DNA of 64,000 nucleotides from Leptothrix sp. (in: b-proteobacteria) (GTDB lineage Bacteria; Pseudomonadota; Gammaproteobacteria; Burkholderiales; Burkholderiaceae_C): NCBI GenBank assembly GCA_041083665.1, contig JBFPGZ010000013.1, positions 3,740 to 67,739 of the forward strand, read 5' to 3'. Shown piece by piece: positions 59,014 to 64,000 of this stretch (position 1 is its first letter; each line of letters starts with the position of its first letter). The notes under the pieces were generated by a model. It saw only the letters and a program-made list of their open reading frames with translations, ran no database searches and was not told where the DNA came from. The position numbers and the translations under genes were made by a program.

Positions 59014-60156
59014 TCACGCCGTTCGCGCTCCCGCCACAAACACCGCCCGCACCACCGGGTGCTGGTGCAACTCATGCACGCGCACAAAGTCGGCCCGCAG
59101 ACCCAGCGCGATGCGGCCACGATCGTGCAGCCCGGCGGCCACGGCCGGCCCGAAGCTGACAACGTTCACCGCCTCGGGCAGCGTGAAACCGGCATCGCGG
59201 CGCAGGCACCAGACGGCTTGCAGCAAGCTGCTGGGCACGTAGTCGGACGACAGGCCGTCGAGCACACCGGCGCGGGCCAGGTCGATGGCCGCCACATTGC
59301 CCGAGTGCGAGCCGCCGCGCACCACGTTGGGTGCCCCGGCGATGGTTTGCAGGCCGTGGCGATGCGCGTGGCGGGCGGCTTCCATGGTGGTGGGAAATTC
59401 GCTCATCAGGGCGCCCAGCGCGCGCGCTTCATCGACATGCGCCACGGTGGTGTCGTCGTGGGTGGCCAGCGCGATGTCATGGCGGCGGGCAAAGTCGGCA
59501 AACCAGGCCCGGTGCGGCTCGGCATAGTCGGCCTGGCGCTGCGGCGCCAGCTGCAGTTCACGCTCGAACTGGGCGTTGCTCCAGCCCTTCTTGCCGGTGT
59601 AGTAGATGCGGGCGTGTTCGGCGTCGGTCCACTGGCGCTGCCCCGGCGTGTGGTCCATCAGCGAGATCAGCTTCAGGCGCGGATGGTGCGCAAACGGCTC
59701 GAACAGGCTGATGGTGTTGGCCGCCGGCAGCTCGCAGCGCACGTGGATGTAGTGCTGGGCGCGCAGCACGCCGGCCGCTTCGAGCTGGTCGAGCACGCTC
59801 AGCAGCGCGCTCTGGTCACGCGAGCGGAAGCCGTCGCCGTACGGATCACCCACGCCGATGGCGTCGAACACGGTGGTGATGCCGGCCGAAGCCACTTCGG
59901 CGTCATGCGCCTGCACGGCGCCACGCATCGGAAACGACACCTTCGGGCGCGGCATCACATGCCGCTCCAGGTTGTCGGTGTGCACCTCGACCAGGCCGGG
60001 CAGCAGATAGTCGCCGTCCATGTCGATGGCGCCTGGCGCCGAGCTGAGACCAGCGTCGATCGCGGCGATGCGGCCATCCACCACCCGCACGCTGGCGCGC
60101 GGCAGCACCTCGGTGGCCAGCACGACCCGGGCGTTGCTAAAGATCACTTCAGTCAT
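59014..60156 (-). CDS. phnM: C-P lyase pathway amidohydrolase PhnM (ribose 1-methylphosphonate 5-triphosphate diphosphatase)
   Basis: Amidohydrolase with 'LLPGLVEVHTDNLE', 'ITTVFDAIGVGD' and 'IAGAPNVVRGGSHSGNV', the PhnM signature. Start at MTEVIF; it lies downstream of phnL. Confidence 0.85.
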   Translation of the reverse strand: MTEVIFSNARVVLATEVLPRASVRVVDGRIAAIDAGLSSAPGAIDMDGDYLLPGLVEVHTDNLERHVMPRPKVSFPMRGAVQAHDAEVASAGITTVFDAIGVGDPYGDGFRSRDQSALLSVLDQLEAAGVLRAQHYIHVRCELPAANTISLFEPFAHHPRLKLISLMDHTPGQRQWTDAEHARIYYTGKKGWSNAQFERELQLAPQRQADYAEPHRAWFADFARRHDIALATHDDTTVAHVDEARALGALMSEFPTTMEAARHAHRHGLQTIAGAPNVVRGGSHSGNVAAIDLARAGVLDGLSSDYVPSSLLQAVWCLRRDAGFTLPEAVNVVSFGPAVAAGLHDRGRIALGLRADFVRVHELHQHPVVRAVFVAGARTA

Positions 60157-60166
60157 GGCATCCCTG

Positions 60167-60955
60167 CTACAGCGCCGCAAAATCGATGCAATGGTTGGCC
60201 ACCGCATCGCGCACTTCCTCGTCATGGAAGATGCCGACCACCGCGCTGCCGCGCTGCTTGGCCTCGTTGATGAGCTGGATGACGACGCGCCGATTCGCGG
60301 CGTCGAGCGAGGCGGTCGGCTCATCCAGCAGCAGCAGGCGCGCCGGCTGGATGAAACCGCGCGCGATGTTGACGCGCTGCTGCTCGCCGCCCGAGAAGGT
60401 GGCCGGAGGCAGATCCCACAAGCCCGGCGGCAGATTCAGTCGCGCCAGCAGCCCACGCACTTGCGCACGCGCGGCGTTCAGCGCCTGCTGCTCAAGCGAA
60501 TCATCCAGCGGATCAGCGAGTGGATTAGCGAGCGGATCGGCGCCGCGCTCGGCCGCGACCAGCTGGCTCTGCAGCAGCCGCTCAGCCACCACATCGAGCG
60601 CCGGCACACGCGGCACGGCGCGCAGGAACTGGCTGACGTAGCCGATCTCGGCGCGGCGCAGCCGGATCAGCGTCTGCGCCGAGGCCTGCGCCAGATCGAC
60701 CGTCGCGCCATCGGCGGTGCGCAGCAGCATCTGGCCGCGATCGACGTGATAGCTGCCGTACAGGCATTTCATCAGCGTCGATTTGCCGCGCCCGGACGGG
60801 CCGACCAGCGCCACGCATTCGCCCGCGCGCACCTGCAGCGACACCCCCTGCAGCACCGGCAGCGCCAGCCCGCCGCGCAAGTGCAGCGTGAAGTGCTTGT
60901 GCACGTTCTGCACATCGAGCACCGGCAAGGTCGCGGTGAAATCGTCTCGTTTCAT
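60167..60955 (-). CDS. phnL: C-P lyase system ATP-binding protein PhnL
   Basis: 'GPSGRGKSTLMKCLYGSY', ABC signature 'FSGGEQQRVNIARGF', Walker B 'LLLDEPTASLD'. It sits between phnK and phnM and carries an extra 'ADPLANPLADPLDDS' insert. Confidence 0.85.
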   Translation of the reverse strand: MKRDDFTATLPVLDVQNVHKHFTLHLRGGLALPVLQGVSLQVRAGECVALVGPSGRGKSTLMKCLYGSYHVDRGQMLLRTADGATVDLAQASAQTLIRLRRAEIGYVSQFLRAVPRVPALDVVAERLLQSQLVAAERGADPLANPLADPLDDSLEQQALNAARAQVRGLLARLNLPPGLWDLPPATFSGGEQQRVNIARGFIQPARLLLLDEPTASLDAANRRVVIQLINEAKQRGSAVVGIFHDEEVRDAVANHCIDFAAL

Positions 60956-61755
60956 GCGCTCACCACCGAGGACACCAGCAGTTGGGTATAGGCGTGCTGC
61001 GGGTCGTCGAGCACGCGGTCAGTCAGACCCTGCTCGACGATGCAGCCCTGGCGCATCACCAGCGTGCGGTGCGCCAGCAGCCGTGCCACGCCCAGGTCGT
61101 GCGTGACGATCAGCGCCGACAGGTGCAGCCGCGTCACCAGCAGCCGGATCAGATCCAGCAGCCGGGCCTGCACCGACACATCCAGCCCGGAGGTCGGCTC
61201 GTCCATCAGCACCAGGCGTGGCTGCGTGACCAGGTTGCGCGCGATCTGCAGGCGCTGGCGCATGCCGCCCGAGAACGCCAGCGGCGAGTCGTCGATGCGC
61301 GCGGCGTCCAGCTCGACCCGTTCCATCCAGCGTGCGGCGGTGGCACGCAGCGTGCCGTAGCGGCGCTCGCCCAGGCCCATGAGGCGCTCGCCGATGTTGG
61401 CGCCGGCGCTCACGTTCATGCGCAGGCCGGTGTGGGCCTGCTGCTCGACAAAGCCCCATTCGGTGCGCGCCAGCAGGCGGCGTTCGCGCTCGCTCAGGGC
61501 GTGCACGTCCACCTCATGGCCGGCGCGACTGCGGTACAGCACCTGGCCGGCGGCGGGCGGCAGCCGGCCGGCGATGCAGTTCAGCAGCGTCGATTTGCCC
61601 GAGCCCGATTCACCGACGATCGCCACCACCTCGCCGGGATGCAGCGCCAGGCTGGCGCCCTGCACGGCCCAGTGGCCGTCACGCGCGCCGGCAAAGCGGT
61701 GACTCAAGTCCTGCACCGTCAGCAGTGGCAAGACCGGAAACGGGGTCGTCGTCAT
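60952..61755 (-). CDS. phnK: C-P lyase system ATP-binding protein PhnK
   Basis: '[18 protein letters not shown]', 'FSGGMRQRLQIARNL', 'VLMDEPTSGLDVSVQ'. Start at MTTTPFPV overlaps the phnJ stop. Confidence 0.85.
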   Translation of the reverse strand: MTTTPFPVLPLLTVQDLSHRFAGARDGHWAVQGASLALHPGEVVAIVGESGSGKSTLLNCIAGRLPPAAGQVLYRSRAGHEVDVHALSERERRLLARTEWGFVEQQAHTGLRMNVSAGANIGERLMGLGERRYGTLRATAARWMERVELDAARIDDSPLAFSGGMRQRLQIARNLVTQPRLVLMDEPTSGLDVSVQARLLDLIRLLVTRLHLSALIVTHDLGVARLLAHRTLVMRQGCIVEQGLTDRVLDDPQHAYTQLLVSSVVSA

Positions 61756-62585
61756 GGCTGGCTCTCCCGGCGTTGGCGGCAGTAGTCGCTGTCGGAGCAG
61801 CACCAGAGCGCCTCGCCGCCGTCGAGCGTCATCTCGTCCAGATAGCTGCTGGTGCTGCCGCACAGCGCGCAGGCGTGGCCCTGCGGCTCGACGCAGAACG
61901 GGTGGTCGGCAAAGTCCAGGCTTTGCACATCGGTGTAGGGCGGCACGGCGTAAAGGCGTTTCTCGCGCCCGGCGCCGAACAGCTGCAGCGCCGGCATCTG
62001 GTGCATCTTCGGGTTGTCGAAGCTCGGAATCGGCGAGGGCGACATCACGTAGCGGCCGTTCACCAGCACCGGATAGTCCGAGCTGAGGTCGATCCGGCCC
62101 CACTGCGCGATGTCCTCGTAGAGCTTGACGTTCATCAGGCCGTACTCGGCGTAGGCGTGCAGCTTGAGCGTCTCGCCCCGGCGCGGCTCCAGCTTGTAGA
62201 GCGGCTCGGGCTGCGGCACCTGGTAGACCAGGATCTGCGCCTCGGTGAGCGCCGCTTCGGGAATGCGATGCCGGGTCTGGATCAGCGTGGCGTCCGCCGT
62301 GCGCTCGGTGGTGGCCACGCCGGTGGTTCGGGCAAAGAAGTGCCGGATGTTGACCGCGTTGGTGGTGTCGTCCGAGCCCTGGTCGATCACCTTGAGCACG
62401 TCGTCGGCACCGATCACGGCCGCCGTGACCTGGATGCCGCCAGTGCCCCAGCCGTAGGCGAGCGGCATCTCGCGCGAGCCGAACGGCACCTGGTGGCCCG
62501 GAATCGCCACCGCCTTGAGCAGCGCGCGCCGGATCATGCGCTTGGTGTTTTCGTCGAGGTAGGCGAAGTTATATCCAGCGCTCAT
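61752..62585 (-). CDS. phnJ: C-P lyase catalytic subunit PhnJ (radical SAM-like 4Fe-4S)
   Basis: 'YNFAYLDENTKRMIRRALLKAVAIPGHQVPFGSREMP' plus the C-terminal Cys cluster 'CALCGSTSSYLDEMTLDGGEALWCCSDSDYC'. Highly conserved PhnJ. Confidence 0.95.
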   Translation of the reverse strand: MSAGYNFAYLDENTKRMIRRALLKAVAIPGHQVPFGSREMPLAYGWGTGGIQVTAAVIGADDVLKVIDQGSDDTTNAVNIRHFFARTTGVATTERTADATLIQTRHRIPEAALTEAQILVYQVPQPEPLYKLEPRRGETLKLHAYAEYGLMNVKLYEDIAQWGRIDLSSDYPVLVNGRYVMSPSPIPSFDNPKMHQMPALQLFGAGREKRLYAVPPYTDVQSLDFADHPFCVEPQGHACALCGSTSSYLDEMTLDGGEALWCCSDSDYCRQRRESQP

Positions 62586-63760
62586 GTGAGCCCCCCGTCG
62601 CGGGTGACCGCCCCGGCCCCGGGCTCGCTCGCGCTGGTGCGTTCGGCGCGCAGCGAGCGCAGCGTCTGCAGCTCGGACTCGAAGGTCACGTAGTGCGGCA
62701 GCTTCAGGTGCTGCACGAAACCGGAGGCTTCGACGTTGTCCCCATGCGGCAGCACGAATTCCTGCTCCTGCGCCGGGCTGGTGATCAGTTCATCGAACTC
62801 CTCGTGGCGCAGCACGCGGTCCACCAGCGCCATCGCCATCGCCTTGCGCTCGCCGTGGCCGAACACCAGACCCTGGCCGCGCGTGAACTGCGGCGGCTGC
62901 TCGGCGCTGCCGGCAAAGTGGTTGATCATCTGGCAGTCGGTCAGCTCAATCTGGCCGATCTCGATCGCGAAGCCCAGCTCGTCGGGCACGATCTCCAGCG
63001 GTACCGCGCCGAAGCGGATCTCGCCGGCAAACGGGTGCGTGTGGGCGTAGCCGCGCTGGGTCGAGTAGCCCATGCCGAGCACCCAGCCTTCGTCAGCACG
63101 CGCCAGCATCTGCAGCCGGGCGGTGCGTGGCAGCGGATAGGTGGGCGGCGTGCGCGTGATGTCGAGCGGCTCCGGATCGCCCGGCGAGGGCAGGCACGGT
63201 TCGATCAGCCCTTCGTCGGACAGCAGGTCGAGCGGGCTTTGCAGCCGCTCAGGCGTGCGCAGTGGCGCGGCATCAGTTGCTGCAGCGGCTGCGGTGGCGG
63301 ACATGCCGCCGCTCGAGCTGGCCGGCACGGGCGGCGCGGCGCCGGGCACCTCGGGCTGCATCAGCGCGAAGTCGAGCAGGCGCTGGGTGTAGTCGAAGCT
63401 GGGCCCGAGCAGCTGGCCGCCGGGGATGTCCTTGTAGATGGCGCAGACGCGCCGCTGCACCTGCATGCGCGCGGTGTCCAGCGGCAGGCTGAAACCCAGC
63501 CGTGGCAGCGTGGTGCGGTAGGCGCGCAGCAGAAAGACCGCTTCGATCAGGTCGCCGCTCGACTGCTTGAGCGCCAGGGCAGCCAGGGTCGGGTCGTAGA
63601 GCGAGGCTTCGGCCATGACCCGATCGACCAGCAGGCGCAGCTGTTCGCGCAACTGTGCGATCTGCAGCTCGGGCACGGCCAGGTCGCCGCGCCGGGCGGC
63701 GTCGAGCAACCGCAGCGACGCGGCGATGGCCTGCTCGCCCCCTTTGACGGCGATGTACAT
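62582..63760 (-). CDS. phnI: C-P lyase core complex subunit PhnI, with a roughly 75-aa low-complexity Pro/Ala/Ser insertion
   Basis: 'MYIAVKGGEQAI...SSGDLIEAVFLLRAYRTTLPR' is a PhnI hallmark. The insert reads 'EVPGAAPPVPASSSGGMSATAAAAATDAAPLRTPERLQSPLDLLSDEGLIEPCLPSPGDPEPLDITRTPPTYPLP'. Confidence 0.9.
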   Translation of the reverse strand: MYIAVKGGEQAIAASLRLLDAARRGDLAVPELQIAQLREQLRLLVDRVMAEASLYDPTLAALALKQSSGDLIEAVFLLRAYRTTLPRLGFSLPLDTARMQVQRRVCAIYKDIPGGQLLGPSFDYTQRLLDFALMQPEVPGAAPPVPASSSGGMSATAAAAATDAAPLRTPERLQSPLDLLSDEGLIEPCLPSPGDPEPLDITRTPPTYPLPRTARLQMLARADEGWVLGMGYSTQRGYAHTHPFAGEIRFGAVPLEIVPDELGFAIEIGQIELTDCQMINHFAGSAEQPPQFTRGQGLVFGHGERKAMAMALVDRVLRHEEFDELITSPAQEQEFVLPHGDNVEASGFVQHLKLPHYVTFESELQTLRSLRAERTSASEPGAGAVTRDGGLT

Positions 63761-63763
63761 GCT

Positions 63764-64000
63764 TCAGATGTCCAGTTGGAGCTGCGTGGTGCGCGGCAGC
63801 GCGGCGATCTGCTCGCCGCAGCACAGGATCAGGTCCACGCCCTGCGGAAAGCTCGCTTCGCAGGCGATTCGCGCGCGCCAGAACTCGGTCGACAGGCCGC
63901 CGACCGCCAGCTGCTCGCTGCTGCGGATGCCGGGGCCACGCAGTTGCAGCAGGCTGTCAGCCGGCGCCAAACGGGTCTTGGCCAGCGAGGGCACGTCGAT
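63764..64000 (-). CDS. phnH: C-P lyase core complex subunit PhnH. Only the 3' part is present; the gene continues past the window end.
   Basis: C-terminal 'FPQGVDLILCCGEQIAALPRTTQLQLDI' is PhnH-like. It lies immediately upstream of phnI on the same strand. Confidence 0.7.
   Translation of the reverse strand: MDVPSLAKTRLAPADSLLQLRGPGIRSSEQLAVGGLSTEFWRARIACEASFPQGVDLILCCGEQIAALPRTTQLQLDI

Overview
This is a high-GC (about 65-70%) betaproteobacterial-type chromosomal segment; the Burkholderiales-like assignment rests on composition and protein families only. Reading start to end: a PPK2 polyphosphate kinase, an MgtC/DUF4010 membrane protein, and a large PAS-containing hybrid histidine kinase with two receiver domains and an Hpt domain come first, followed by a lipoprotein. 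Next is a first two-partner-secretion (TPS) pair: a 2596-aa TpsA exoprotein (TPS domain, roughly 100 GLUG-motif repeats, repeated YDG domains) followed by a translationally coupled TpsB/FhaC-family transporter. Downstream lies an NAD-dependent formate dehydrogenase operon (MFS-fdsG-fdsB-fdsA-fdsD) with a divergent ModE-like/PBP-domain regulator, then apbC/mrp, a Tat-lipoprotein and a 2Fe-2S ferredoxin. A phosphonate uptake cluster phnC-phnD-phnE plus an HD-domain gene (+ strand) converges on a C-P lyase operon phnH-I-J-K-L-M (- strand). Between the two phn blocks sits an approximately 28 kb segment of heterogeneous, lower GC content. It carries a multi-repeat flotillin, an orphan LuxR-type response regulator, and a second TPS pair (a 7007-aa TpsA translationally coupled to a TpsB). 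It also carries an 850 bp divergent intergenic region with an array of about 11 alternating palindromic 22-bp repeats, an FN3-domain protein, a truncated RelE/ParE-type toxin with an intact antitoxin, and a 55-bp scar derived from phnM. The most interesting unexplained signals are the palindromic repeat array and operator-like palindromes in front of the giant tpsA, the compositionally foreign N/Q-rich coiled-coil module inside that gene, the 405-bp triple tandem repeat at its 3' end, and the phnM-fragment scar marking the island border. All calls rest on sequence reading and family knowledge only; no database searches were run.
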